Positions 11,662 through 23,832 of a DNA stretch of 64,000 nt are shown here, one piece after another. The position numbers were made by a program, and so were the translations under genes. The notes under the pieces are model-generated. The model made no database searches and was not told the DNA's origin. It worked only from the letters and a program-made list of their open reading frames with translations. The stretch comes from Hormiphora californensis. Taxonomy: Eukaryota; Animalia; Ctenophora. Position 1 is the stretch's first letter; each line of letters starts with the position of its first letter. The stretch covers positions 8,007,556 through 8,071,555 of the forward strand of contig CM035360.1 in NCBI GenBank assembly GCA_020137815.1. Reading direction: 5' to 3'.

Positions 11662-12320
11662 CAGTCGGACCCCGATTTAGTGGCCCCCGATTTAGTGGCA
11701 CCCCGATTTAGTGGCAGGATTTTTTCCCCCAAAAATTTTTTTGAATTTTTTTTGTGAAATTTTTTTGAAAATTTTTCAAAGAAACACCAGCCACGTCCGA
11801 ATCGTTTTTCGAATCAGTGAATCTTATCGCATGTCCTGCTGCTAATTAGACAGTTCGGAACGAACCGATACGTGATCCCCATGGGGCCATTGAATCATAA
11901 GTTCACCTAGCGTCAAAATTTCGATTCGATGGGGATCACGTTTCGATTCGTTCCGAACCGTCTAATTAGCAGCAGGACATGCGATAAGATGTACCGATTC
12001 GAAACAGGATTCGGACGTGGCTGGTATACATTTAAAAATTTTAAAACCTTTTTTTTGCAAAATTTTACAGTAAGATTGCCAATGCTTTGATCGGTGCTCC
12101 CCATAAATTTTGAGAGAAAAAGTTATTTTGAAATTTTGAAACTTCCTCACCTGCTTAGGGTTGCCTAGCTAGACTGTGTTTCGTGCGCCCCGCTCAAATG
12201 TAAAGAAGGGTTAGAACATAACAAGCTTAGGGTGCCCCAATTCGGCATGGTATCACGTATCAGTTCGTTTCGAACCCGCTAATTAGACAGGATATCCAGT
12301 AAGCTGCACCGATTCGAAAC
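11662..12320. mobile_element. Truncated Tc1/mariner (pogo/Tigger-like) non-autonomous element, family D
   Basis: ta|CAGTCGGACCCCGATTT left end; collinear with 61825-62985. Confidence 0.8.
12161..12224. mobile_element. 64-bp element, family G (reverse orientation)
   Basis: 8-bp TSD gcttaggg; empty site in the host-family copy at ~62617. Confidence 0.85.
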
Positions 12321-12409
12321 GAGCCATAGAACACCTCTCTACCACGTACAAGTGGTGGTTTCCCGTAGCATGCTAGGCCGTGTTAAAGTTTCACCAGGCA
12401 CGCCGTGCA

Positions 12410-13036
12410 CTACCAACCTCCGACCTCCGTATTCTTTACCCCGACATAAGAGACGAAGAGTGGGGGGAGGGGGCATAGAGACGGGTGGGGGGCTGTTGCA
12501 GGACTTCAATGGGCTTTCTAGTCCTTATTATAATTTGCAAATGAACGTCGTGATGAGTGTGATGACCTATCATCACGTGCAAATAGAGGGGGGTTGCCAA
12601 GGAGGTGGCCTAGGAGGGGTATTGGAGGTTGTGGGGGGATACTGCACGTGCATGTTATTGGTTGTTTGTTGCGTGTTCCTGTGTTGTTCCTGTGGTGTTT
12701 TGGGACCGCCAAGATTGCCAAAGCCTTTCTACCTACGTACCCCGTTGATTCACAGCTACAATTCTACGGATCTTTATCACCTGATTCTACATGTTATTCA
12801 GCGGGATTTCCCTTGATGTTTATCACCAACGCTCTACAACTACCAACCTCCATATTCTTTACCCCGACATGGAGAGACAAAGAGTGAGAGGGGGGACATA
12901 GAGACGGGTGGGGGGGGGGTGTTGTAGGACTTAACAATGGGCTTTCTAGTCTTAATTAAAAGATGCAAATGCGTGGCGTGGTGGTGATGATGTAGTATCC
13001 CACGTGCAAATAGAGGGGGTTGCCAAGGAGGTGCCA
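12410..13036. repeat. Family H ~430-460-bp tandem/dispersed repeat; arrays also at 27645-28825 and 29200-30170
   Basis: At least five similar units containing ggggggttgccaaggaggtg and aaagcctttctacctacgtacccc. Confidence 0.8.
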
Positions 13037-13773
13037 TAGCCCAGCTACGCAGCGGGTGATTGAAGGTTGCACGTGCGGGTTGGTGCAGCGAGTGAGAGGG
13101 GTGCTCCTGGGTTAGAGGTGGGTATTTCGGGTCAACGGGTGCTATACTTCAACGGACTTTCTAGTCTATTCTAAAATGGTCAGAGGGCCAGGGTTAGCTA
13201 CTAACGTATTTATAGTTGATTGTCCTTGCCTCGGATAGTGCTCTACTCACCAGGAGGAGCGATTTACAAGTTAAACAAGGAAGTTTTAGTTCAATAGTTG
13301 AACTAAAACTTCCTTGTTTAACTTGTACTAACGTATTTAGAAATGTCCGAGGGACATCTATATTCTATAGTAGAGGACAGTCTACTACAAAGCACAGCCA
13401 AAGACGCACCTGCTTACCTACAAGCGTTTGCGGATGACCTCATCACTGGCCGAAGGAGACGATATAGAGATAATAAGACACAGAACCCAAACAACTCTCA
13501 ACCACATAAACAACTGGTGTAAAGACCAAGGTCTTTTACTCAGCGCAATAAAAACTACTATGATAATGTTCACCACAAAGAGGAAATGGACACTAAAACC
13601 AATCTTCATTGAAGGAATTGAAATAAAACTAAGCACCACAACAAAATTTCTTGGAGTTACGTTAGATAGCAAACTAAACTTCAACAAACACATCGACGAC
13701 ATCACAAAAAAAGCTCTCAGAATAGCAACCGGTGCCTTCCCAAACACTGCAGGGGCTGACCTAAACATCATAA

Positions 13774-14032
13774 GGGGAAACTCTAACTGAATGGCATCCC
13801 ATTAATGGGATCCCATCAACAGTAAAACTCTAACTGATAATGGACCACAGTGATGGTTCTTTCTCTGTATTCTCTCTGTGTGTGCGCCCAATCAATCAAT
13901 TCCCGGGCATGCCCAATGTACTGCCTACAGAGAGAATACAGAGAAAGAACCATCACTGTGGTCCATTATCAGTTAGAGTTTTACTGTTGATGGGATGCCA
14001 TTAATGGGATGCCATTCAGTTAGAGTTTCCCC
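13774..14032. mobile_element. MITE family A, inserted in a LINE
   Basis: Palindromic with GGGGAAACTCTAACTGAATGG TIR; TAA TSD. Confidence 0.92.
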
Positions 14033-14417
14033 TAACGAACACAACAGATATAATACACCACGTAGAGAAAACTGCTACTGAAATCACACTATCACAGGGC
14101 GCCTAAAAGCAAATGGGAAATGGACTAAAGAAAAAGGTATGTTAACCAACTATACCCACGCTCATACTTGCAATAGGTTGTGGGAAGAACTAGAGCTACC
14201 AGTATGCCCACTAGAAAAAACAACCAAAGAAACTCTTAGTAAAGACTAACGAGACAACAATCGACTGGGAAACAGGTATACTAGACGAGGAGGACAAAAA
14301 TGCATTAACGGTATACATGGATGGATCAAAAAATGAAGCTAATCAAACGGGACTAGGAGCACATTCAAAAGCTACGGAGCTTACACAAGAAATCGATATC
14401 TCAGAAAGACTACCTTA

Positions 14418-14675
14418 GGGGAAACTCTAACTGAATGGCATCCCATTAATGGGATCCCATCAGCAGTACAACTCTAACTGATAATGGACCACAGTGATGG
14501 TTCTTTCTCTGTATTCTCTCTGTAGCAGTACATTGGGCATGCCCGGGCATTGATTGATTGGGCGCGCACACAGAGAGAATACAGAGAAAGAACCATCACT
14601 GTGGTTCATTATCAGTTAGAGTTGTACTGCTGATGGGATCCCATTAATGGGATGCCATTCAGTTAGAGTTTCCCC
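14418..14675. mobile_element. MITE family A, inserted in the LINE RNase H domain
   Basis: Same TIRs; tta/taa flanks; interrupts LP|NYSTVFQAE. Confidence 0.92.
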
Positions 14676-15024
14676 TAATTATAGCACAGTCTTCCAAGCC
14701 GAAGTAACAGCGATTAAAAGAGCAGCAGAGGAACTTAACATCAATGGGACACGAAACCACCACATCCACATCAGATCAGATTCCTGATTCAGCCGCCAGT
14801 ATAAGCGCACTGAGCAAATTGACCTCAGATTCCTTACAATTAAGGAATGCAACGCGGAACTCAACCAACTAGCACAAAACAATACGGTGAAAATAAAATG
14901 GGTCAAAGCACATATCGGCATCCAAGGCAACGAGATAGCCGACCAACTTGCCAAAGAAGGATGCAGCAAACCAATCAGTGAAACCAGACAAATACCAATC
15001 CCACACAGCTATATTAAAAACTCT

Positions 15025-15241
15025 TAAAAAAATAGAACTCGTGCAGTTGCTAGATGGCCCTTTTACAGGCTCCTCACAATTGAAACTTCTAACAAGTGAC
15101 AACTGGTGCTTTTGAGTTAGACTCAACAACACAGCGACTGATGCAGATGAGTGGTGAACACATGCATTTCTACATGTGAGCACCATACATTTGCACACTG
15201 TAATTAGTGCGACACCGGCATGACTCGGTGAACCAAGGGGA
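15025..15241 (-). mobile_element. Family E short retroposon (SINE or LINE 3' end); second copy at 23564-23764
   Basis: TSDs aaaaactct (9 bp) and acctacaacaaa (12 bp); one shared end next to an AT-rich tail and a staggered other end. Confidence 0.75.
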
Positions 15242-15873
15242 AAAAACTCTACCGCGAAAATAGCCAAAACAAAAACCATGAACCAATTTCTATCAAATGG
15301 AGGGAAGCACGCAAGAACTCTAATAACGAGTGAATCAACATGGAACTCACTAACAAAAAAGATGGCAATGTACGCCAATCAAAGGAAAAAATATAGAATC
15401 ATATTACATCTCATCACAAACATAGGGCCGTTCAATTACTACCTCAAGAAGATTGGCAAATCCAACACTGCCATATGCAGTCTATGCACTAAAACAGAAG
15501 AAAATGCGAAACACTTAATATGCATATGTGAATGTGAAATCCTGGAAGAAGAATCACTATCCTGCGACTCTCGAAGGAGTTTACCCTCCCAAACCCGACG
15601 CCACCTATAATGCGAACCTGTCCTGTAGCTGTAGTCAGTTCCTGATGGTGGGGGTGGGGAGGGGGCTATTCTCCTAGTGCCGGCGATATCGCTTTGCGAT
15701 AGTCCCCTATGGGCTTGCCGTTGGCAAGCCCAGTGTGTGAAGTTTTCGCGAAACTTCGAACGTCGAACTTCAGTGTGTGTCGCGAGGTTGAGATTTGAAC
15801 GAGCGCGCCCAACTTCAGTGTGTCTCCCCCCAATGCAATGCTCACATTCTGTCACCCAATACTTTAAAGCTAC

Positions 15874-15975
15874 CTTTTTCATTTCGATTCGTTTGCTTTC
15901 TTCAATTTTACTGCTTCTTGAACCGACTTCATCAACAGTGTTGTGTGATTCCGACAATTTGGTGATGGTTTCCAG
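15874..15975 (-). CDS. STMND1-like gene, exon 5
   Basis: attttcag acceptor and AAG|gtagct donor; 102 nt, phase 0/0; LETITKLSESHNTVDEVGSRSSKIEESKRIEMKK (helical, charged). Confidence 0.8.
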
Positions 15976-16214
15976 CTGAAAATAACTAGATATTACAATC
16001 AGATTAATTTTTTTCAGAATGGAATACGGAAACATTATAAGATGATAGAGAGATGAAGAGATCTAACAAAAAGGAAAAGAAAGAAAGAGAAGTTATTTAT
16101 AACAATTTTGTTTTTTCAAGGGTATAGTAGTGCCTTTCCGGCGACAGTGACAAGTAAGTGTGTGTGTGACACACGGTTTGACACGGTTTTAAAATAATTC
16201 TGCACGGGTTTCCC

Positions 16215-17230
16215 CGTATTTGCCATATTCTAACCGGCTGTAAGGTGGCTCTGGGTCAGGGGAGATACCGGTGGCGGCATGACAAGGTCCTGCGGCAGAT
16301 AGGCGAGCAGGTAAAGTTTCACTGCGAGGTCCGTGCTAACGCTGCATCGAGGTCCACGAGAGGGTCCCGGAGTATCGAGTTCGTTGCAGAGGGTAAGAAG
16401 GGGAAGAAGAAGGGGAAGAAGAGGGTTAGTGGGTGTGGGATTCTGTCAGGCGCTAAGGACTGGGTTGTCCTCTCTGACATCGGAAGTCAGCCCAAGTTCC
16501 CGGCGGAGATCGCCCAGACCAGGTTAAGGCCTGATCTTGTTGTCTTCTCGCGAGAGGTAAAGACGGTGATCTGGTGGGAGCTCACTTGCCCTGCAGAAGA
16601 GAGAATAGGGGATGCCCATACTCTCAAGATTGAACGGTACACGGACCTTGAGAGGGAGTGTGAGTCTAATGGGTGGAGGTGTTTTAATATGGCGGTAGAG
16701 GTTGGGGCTCGAGGGCAGGTCGCGGATAGTCTGGTTAGAGCAGCTTCTCGTCTTGGGTTTAGAGGGAGGGGTCTTAGGAAGCTGGTTAAGGATACGGGGA
16801 AAGAGGCTGCTCACTGTTCCATGTGGATCTACTTCATGTACTCCAGCTCCCTGTACTCCCACTCCTACTCCCACTCCTACTTCACCATTCGGCGAAGAAG
16901 GAGTGGGAGTACAGGAATGTGGAGTAGTGGAGGCAGTGAAGTGGTTGAGATTCCCCCTCGCAGTGGAGTGTGTGTTTGGACGGGTGTACCCTTACTGTCA
17001 TAAACCTGTCAAAGGGGGAGGCAGTGAGGGACCCCAGTCGACACATTCATTCCGGGCAACTGGGTATAGATCGATCGGTGGTCTCAGATTATCGAGATTG
17101 CCGGGGCGCCTGACTTAGTACCTTGTGTACCCGTACCGAATTAAAGCCCCGAAACGGTGTCAGGTTTACGGCTGATGAGTTCGATCTGAGTCTCGGTTTC
17201 TGGCGAGTGTCCACATTTACCATCTTAGTG
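16215..17230 (+). mobile_element. 3' part of an RLE-type non-LTR retrotransposon (HERO-like); related fragment at 51463-51585 (-)
   Basis: HILTGC, GRYRWRHDKVL, LRPDLVV, ELTCPAEE, KIERY, AVEVGARG; a small TA-flanked IR element at ~16839-16926. Confidence 0.88.
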
Positions 17231-17625
17231 GACGGAGGGTCTCGGTCTTTCCGCTGTTCCGGATCTCTTGGTGTTTGGCGGAGTTAGGTGTGGTTAGGTT
17301 GCGTTTAGGTTTGGAGGTTTGGAGGTTGGTGGAGGTTTGGTGGAGGTTTGGAGGTTGTTGGAGGTTTGGAGGTTGGTGGAGGTTTGGAGGTTTGGTGGAG
17401 GTTTGCTGGTTGTTTGGTTTGGAGGTTGGTTTTGCGGGGTTTGTCTCGGTTCTTTGGGTTTGGTCTGGCAGCATGATTCATGTTCTCAACTTATTTGGAG
17501 CATCAACCTGTCGACATTCAAGGACAAAGGGGGTCAGGTTGGTGCTCCAGATTCTCTTGCCAGTGGCGCGTTATTTCAGATAACTTTCTCCCACAATTGA
17601 GTGTATATTGCTTGGTAACAGTTAC

Positions 17626-18248
17626 GGCAGGTGGGTAGAACTTCGACAGAATTTAGGGTAGGTCTGAACTTAGGGTAGGTCTGAATTTAGGGTAGGTCTG
17701 GATTTAGGGTAGGGTAAACTGGGGTAAAATGGTCCACGGGGCAAAGCTAAGTGGCACATGTATGGGGCAAAACGGTTCAAGTTATTACATGTGGTCATGT
17801 GACTCCAGCAGAGACCTGCTCGTTCTGTTCCGAATTTTTGCTTTAAAACTGCTGTAATTTCTGTGTGAGTTGGCCGATTTTAATTTTGCAAAAACTGCCA
17901 GTTAGGTTTTTTATCCTTCTAAAACTTGGTATAAATATTTTTTCAAAAAACTCACTATTAATTTGATTAAATTGTCAAATTAGTCAAACTGGGGCAAAGT
18001 GGTTCACCTTTCTGGGGCAAAGTGGTCTACCCTGGGACCAATGAAATCGAGTCTACAATACCACGCGTGATACCACAACTGGGGCAAAGTGGTCCTGCAG
18101 AACAGAAACTGCTGAAGATAACATGGACCATTTTAAATTCAGACCTACCCTAAATTCAGACCTACCCTAAATTCAGACCTACCCCAAATTCAGACCTACC
18201 CTAAATTCAGACCTACCCTAAATTCTGTCGAAGTTCTACCGACCTGCC
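17626..18248. mobile_element. GG-terminal foldback element with 17-bp subterminal repeats, containing a pogo-like fragment (~17711-18135)
   Basis: TIR ggcaggtgggtagaacttcg followed by (ttagggtaggtctgaat)n; no TSD seen. Confidence 0.75.
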
Positions 18249-18260
18249 AAGCCTTGTTAC

Positions 18261-18478
18261 CGTTTGCTGTTGACGTCTTAATTCTGCCTCGAGTAACCTT
18301 CGTTGAACTTGGCTTTTGGATATCTTTTTAGGCAACTTTGGTGCTTTTGTCTTCTGCTTCTGCTTCAGTTTCTCTCGGCGTGTATTCAATTCTTCCTGTT
18401 CACCAAATACTAGGTCAAATGCAAGCCCTCCTCGAGAAGGTGGTCGAGTTGCCACCTGTGTATCGTAGTTCACAGACC
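18261..18478 (-). CDS. STMND1-like gene, exon 4 (start of stathmin-like domain)
   Basis: ctttcag acceptor and gtaaca donor. RPPSRGGLAFDLVF and SKSQVQRRLLEAELRRQ align by eye to stathmin KRASGQAFELIL and SLEEIQKKLEAAEERRK. Confidence 0.85.
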
Positions 18479-19059
18479 CTGAAAGTACTTTTATGTTATA
18501 TAAGTTAGGAAAGCCCGACCACTAACAAAAGCACTAACAAACGCACTAACAAAACGTACTAACAAAACGCGATAACAAAAGCACTAACAAAAGCACTAAC
18601 AAAAACACTTACAAAACCACTAACAAAACCACTAACAAAACCGCTAAAAAAACCGCTAACAAAATCACTATCACGTCCTAATGAGGGGGACTGATATGTA
18701 ATATAGATATGAGATATAGAATATGATCGATATGAGATATAGAATATGATTCGGAGAAGCCTGCACTCTCCCTCAAGGGGGGGTGGGGGGTAATATCTGC
18801 CTGGGGTGGGGCTCATCTTACCTCCAGTCACTTGCAATTATTCTGACAGTAGTTTCATGATTGGAAGATTTGCTACCATGTCATGGTACGGCTGTAGGGT
18901 ACCCAAAGTGATTTGATGTGAAAGTAGGAAGTGATACGAGTGAATAATTGCGCGCCACAATGCATGTTAAGAATTTCCTTTGTTGCATCATCAAAGTGTG
19001 AGTTAAAAGTTTTATGAACTTCAAATAAACAACTGTGAGATACTGTCTATGGCTGATAC

Positions 19060-19920
19060 TATCAGTGATAGATAGTGTCGGTATTGAGACGTTGTCTAGA
19101 CGGTATCTGTATCGGATTCGCTTAAGACGTTGTCTAGACGTTGTTTAGACGGTATTTATATCGAAATTGCTGGAGAAGTTGTCTAGACGGTATTTGAAAC
19201 TGAATCGCGATATTCTGTTTAGACGTTGTCTAGACGGTATGTTGACCGGTTTCAGTTGAGATGTTGTCTAGACGGTACTTTCATCAATTTTCCTTTAGAC
19301 TGCGTTGAGACGTACTTTTAAAACTCCGTCTGAAATACAGACGGAGTTCTAAAAGTCCGTCTCAACGTCTGCATCTGGTACAATTTTCAGACGTGTCTCA
19401 ACTTTGGGCGGATACCGTCTAGAGACCGTCCAGACACCGTCTAGACACCGGGACGGTACCGTCTAGAGACCGTCTGATACCGTCGCAACACCGTCTGATA
19501 CCGTCTATAACCCGTTTCAAGCAATTTTGGTACCGTTTTTAGCTGATTTTATCAAAACCCGTCTAGACGGTATAGGGGGCTAGATCTCTCTCTGTTTCCG
19601 GCCGAAAATAAAAGTTCGCGGACTCTAGGTCTAAGTGCCTCTGAAAAGTTTTAACAAAAAGACGTGTCTCAACTTTGGGCGGATACCGTCTAGAGACCGT
19701 CAAGACACCGTCTAGACGCCGGGACGGTACCGTCTGGAGACCGTCTGATACCGTCGCAACACCGTCTGATACCGTCTATAACCCGTTTCAAGCAATTTTG
19801 GTACCGTTTTTAGCTGATTTTATCAAAACCCGTCTAGACGGTATAGGGGGCTAGATCCCTCTCTGTTTCCGGCCGAAAATAAAAGTTCGCGGACTCTAGG
19901 TCTAAGTGCCTCTGAAAAGG
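19060..19920. repeat. (ccgtctagac)-rich transposon end with a 270-bp tandem duplication; related sequence at 47670-47910
   Basis: 19391-19650 is repeated at 19661-19920. Confidence 0.7.
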
Positions 19921-19930
19921 CAATACTTAC

Positions 19931-20114
19931 TATGTAGCTTCGAATAAAAGGTGATCTCCTTTGTTTCCAAGCTTTCCACTGCTTTGAATAGGTCTGTCAT
20001 TTACTGGAATTTGTGATTGATTGACAGCAGCAACAATTTCTGCATGCTTCGTGGAAGTTGTTTTTTGAGATATTCTTCGTAAAGGTCTTAATGGCGTGCC
20101 AGATACAACAAACT
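19931..20114 (-). CDS. STMND1-like gene, exon 3 (3' boundary has a phase conflict)
   Basis: ctttcag acceptor, phase 1; (E)FVVSGTPLRPLRRISQKTTSTKHAEIVAAVNQSQIPVNDRPIQSSG...; strong gtaagt donor but it gives phase 2. Confidence 0.62.
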
Positions 20115-20689
20115 CTGAAAGAAGGAAATATGCTTTGGGTATTAGGGACTTAGATAGTAGGATCCATAGGGTAGCGACTGGCTATTTGAAACACCACCTC
20201 TACAGGTCTGGTAGAGGGGGTGTTTCAAATTAGCCGCCATTTCAAATAGCCAGTCGGTTCCATATATCGCGTGGCCCGATTACTGAGCGCTACTTATACT
20301 GAAACAGAATCGGACACGATTGTTGTGAAGAGGTGCACGAAAACGAAAGTAGGAATAATGTCTATATAAATTGTGTGTGACATTCCTTAATGCCAAACTA
20401 AAAGTTTGGTGAAAAATTACGTCTCTATGTTGTGTTTGAAATTCAGAGGGCAAGCTTCAAACACAAGTTAGAAGCATGGGACCTTCACCAACTTGTTTCT
20501 TTTGATCCACGGATGGCCCACGGATTGGTGTGGCGACGGTGATAGTTGTGAGAATAAAAATTATGGGAGCATTCTGGATCAATTCCTTGGTAACTTTTTC
20601 CATAATTTTTTGTCGAAAATTCGAAAATTCATTGTCATTCCTTCGTTCATTTCTCGTTCATTTATGATGTGAGTATCCTAATTTACCAC

Positions 20690-21821
20690 GGCAGGTGAGT
20701 AGAACTTCGCTCCTAATAAAAGGCTGCAATAAAAGGCTGCAGAAAAAGGCTGCAATAAAAGGCTGCAGAAAAAGGCTGCAATAAAAGGCTGCAATAAAAG
20801 GCTGCAATGGATCACATATCCAACTAGACTAAAGCACTAAAGCAGGAGATAGACCGAATCGTCTTCCCCTAATAGTGTTTTGTTTCACGTATCGGTTTCT
20901 ACCATAAGCGGTAGAGAGACCGAATCACCCGCCCCTAATTATAGTGATTCGTGCCTGGTATCCAACTAGACCATAGGCGGTAGATAGACGGAGATAGAGA
21001 GTTAGAGAGGTGAGAGTGAGAGATCCGAATCATGGACGACTAATCAAGTATTGTATCACGTTTCATGATATCCTCTAATTAATTAAATGAAAGGCGGTTA
21101 CCTATAATTTGACCTAATCGGTGCCAATACGTGATTACTGATTTTCTACCGTTATTCGCCAATAGTCTTTATGTACACAATTCAGTAGAGCGGAATCACA
21201 CATAATACTATGATAGGTGAACCAAGTGGTTGGGTGGTTCACCTGTGATTGTGCTACACGCTCAATCAATAGATCTACCCTACCTCATTAGACCAACACT
21301 CTCAGTAGTTACTGACTACCTCTACTGGAATCGTGGATCGATACGGAAAGACTAATGGAGAATACATAGCGGTAGAGAATCACGTATCGGGACCGATGAG
21401 GTCTCATTGTCAATTGGTAACCGCTTTTCATTAGAGTATACCATGGTACGTGATACCATACCGTGATTCTGATTTTTCACACTCACTTCTCACTCGTACT
21501 CGCTCTCTATCTCGGTCTCTCTCTATTGCCTATGGTCTAGTTGGAAACGTGGCACGAATCACTATAATTAGGGGAGGGTGATTCGGTCTCACTACAGCCA
21601 ATACGTGATACGAAACACTATTAGGGGAGGACGATTCGGTCTATCCCCCGCTTTAGTCTGGTTGGATACGTGATCCCTTGCAGCCTTTTATTGCAGCCTT
21701 TTATTGCAGCCTTTTATTGCAGCCTTTTTCTGCAGCCTTTTATTGCAGCCTTTTATTGCAGCCTTTTTATGCAGCCTTTTATTGCAGCCTTTTATTAGGA
21801 GCGAAGTTCTACTCACCTGCC
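20690..21821. mobile_element. GG-terminal foldback element with 13-bp subterminal repeats (MULE- or Merlin-like)
   Basis: TIR ggcaggtgagtagaacttcg; (aataaaaggctgc)n; perfect 8-bp TSD tttaccac. Confidence 0.88.
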
Positions 21822-21908
21822 TTTACCACATTATGCTATTTTTTCTTTGCGGCTTGAACTTATCTTTCCAATGAGCTTAATGAAAACGAAATTAGAGCAC
21901 CAGGTCAC

Positions 21909-21971
21909 TTGCCTAGTTAGACTGTCTTTAGACTGTGTTTACAAATGTAAAGGAGAGTTAGAACATAACAA
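21909..21971. mobile_element. 63-bp element, family G (reverse orientation)
   Basis: 8-bp TSD caggtcac; absent from the opposite arm of the host inverted repeat (~22745). Confidence 0.85.
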
Positions 21972-23233
21972 CAGGTCACATGACAGTTGACAAAATGCAC
22001 TTGCATGATTTTGGCTCTTCCTGCGACTTTCAATGAGCTGTTTCACGACTGCCTTTTATTCAATATTTTTTAAAACTTGGGTGAGCATTGAATAAGCAAA
22101 GATCTTTGCTCACAAGAAAAATCAAGTTCGAAACCCAAAGTTCATTTTTCAATTTTGGAAGTTCATTCCACTCATTCAGGAATAAGCATCCCTAAAGTGA
22201 TGAAACGTGATGGGTTTTGTTTGGCCCATGTCCTGCAATGACAGAGAGGTGTAAAAACACGTTTCCGGGCTAGTTAATGGGTGTCCATTTGATCAAGATG
22301 ATATCTGACACCTTTTCTGAGCTATAATATATATTTCTGGGATTGGTATCGTGCAGCAATGCTAAGAAGCTTCATAGCACCTCAAAAATGATGATCAGTT
22401 CAATGGAATGAGTTTATTTATGAAAGAAAGGAGATCGGTTAGCTACAAAATCTTGTTATCAATGTCTGACAACATAGTTCGGAACATGCCGCGAGACTCT
22501 AACCGATTGAAGTGCTGCACAATACCAATCCCAGAAAACTCTAATCACATGCTTGAATTTGAATACCAAAATTGAAAAATGAACTTTGGGTTTCGACCTT
22601 GATTTTTCTTGTAAGCAAAGATCTTTGCTTATTTAATGCTCACCCAAATTTTTTTAAATATTGAACAAAAGTTAGTCGTGAAACAGCTCATTGAGAGTCA
22701 CAGGAAGAGCCAAAATCATGCAAGTGCATTTTGTCAACTGCCATGTGACCTGGTGCTCTAATTTCGTTTTCATGGTGCTCATTGGAAAGATAAATTCAAG
22801 CCAAAGAAAAATAGCATAATGATGGAAAATTAGGATAGTCACATCATAAATGAACGAGAAATGAACGAAGGAATGGAAAATGAATCATCGATTTTTAGAA
22901 AAAAAAATATGTAAAAAGTTACCAATACAAGGAATTGATCCGTGGGCCACCTTGGCGCAATGAAATGTTGTCAAAAATAGCCTGAACCTAGAAATCACTA
23001 GGGGCGAGCTAATTTCTGCACAATCCTATAATAGTCAATTATAGGCCCCTGGATCAAAAAAAGTCCCAAGCCCAAATGTTGGGGGAAGTGCCCCTAATTG
23101 GCCGTAATTGATTACAGTGTATTTGTAGTCATCAATTAAATCGCAAATCGTCTTAGGAAAGGAGTAGAGGAAAAACTGAGGACACTCGAGTGTCCAGCGT
23201 CCTCGCATTAGTGGGGGTAGGTGTAGGAATTAA

Positions 23234-23808
23234 AGTGAGAGTGGACCGGATCAGGATTGGACAAGTTTTTTGTAGGTAGTAGAGATTAGTTCTATGAGTA
23301 TTTTGCATTTTTGCCGCTCAAAATCGACCCACCCATTACTGAGATAATTTTATTATGTCGGGAGAATTGCTGGATCAATATTTATCAAACAGGATAGAAA
23401 CAATCCTTGTGTTTTACTAACACATTCTTTAAATTTTAATATGCTGGCTTGCATTGCCCTGCTTCTGTGCACATGGACATGTCAACCTCACTGCTTATAT
23501 TCAGAATGTGTTTGTAAAACACCACGATTGCTCAGAAAGCTAATCTCTACTACCTACAACAAAATATAATAATAGAACTCGTGCAGTTGCTAGATGGCCC
23601 TTTTACAGGCTCCTCACAATTGAAACTTGAACAAGTGACAACTGGTGCTATTGAGTTAGACTCAACAACACAGCGACTGATGAGTGGTGAACACATGCAT
23701 TTCTACATGTGAGCACCATACATTTGCACACTGTAATTAGTGCGACACCGGCATGACTCGGTGAACCTACAACAAACTTGTCCAATTTTGATCCGGTCCA
23801 ATCTCACT
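23234..23808. mobile_element. Kolobok-like non-autonomous element
   Basis: TTAA TSD; AGTGAGA...TCTCACT TIRs; contains a family E insertion. Confidence 0.85.
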
Positions 23809-23832
23809 TTAAGTCTTTATCTCATCTGGTTA

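Larger units (their letters stand above)
13365..15560 (+). mobile_element. Decayed LOA/R1-like LINE: RT C-terminus, RNase H, CCHC knuckle
   Basis: QAFADDL, KFLGVTLDSKLNF, VYMDGSK, STVFQAEVTAI, WVKAHIGIQGNEIADQLAKEG, CSLC...HLIC; stops, a deletion and three insertions. Confidence 0.88.
20576..22941. mobile_element. Older long-inverted-repeat element hosting two nested insertions
   Basis: Arms 20576-20689 plus 21822-22160 are reverse-complementary to ~22565-22941. Confidence 0.72.

Noticed and set aside
17148-17181. cgaaac...ctgatgag in the HERO-like 3' UTR as a permuted hammerhead
   Set aside because: Stems I and II cannot be formed convincingly.
17654-17715. TTAGGG-containing repeats as interstitial telomere
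   Set aside because: TTAGGG is only part of a 17-bp transposon subterminal unit.
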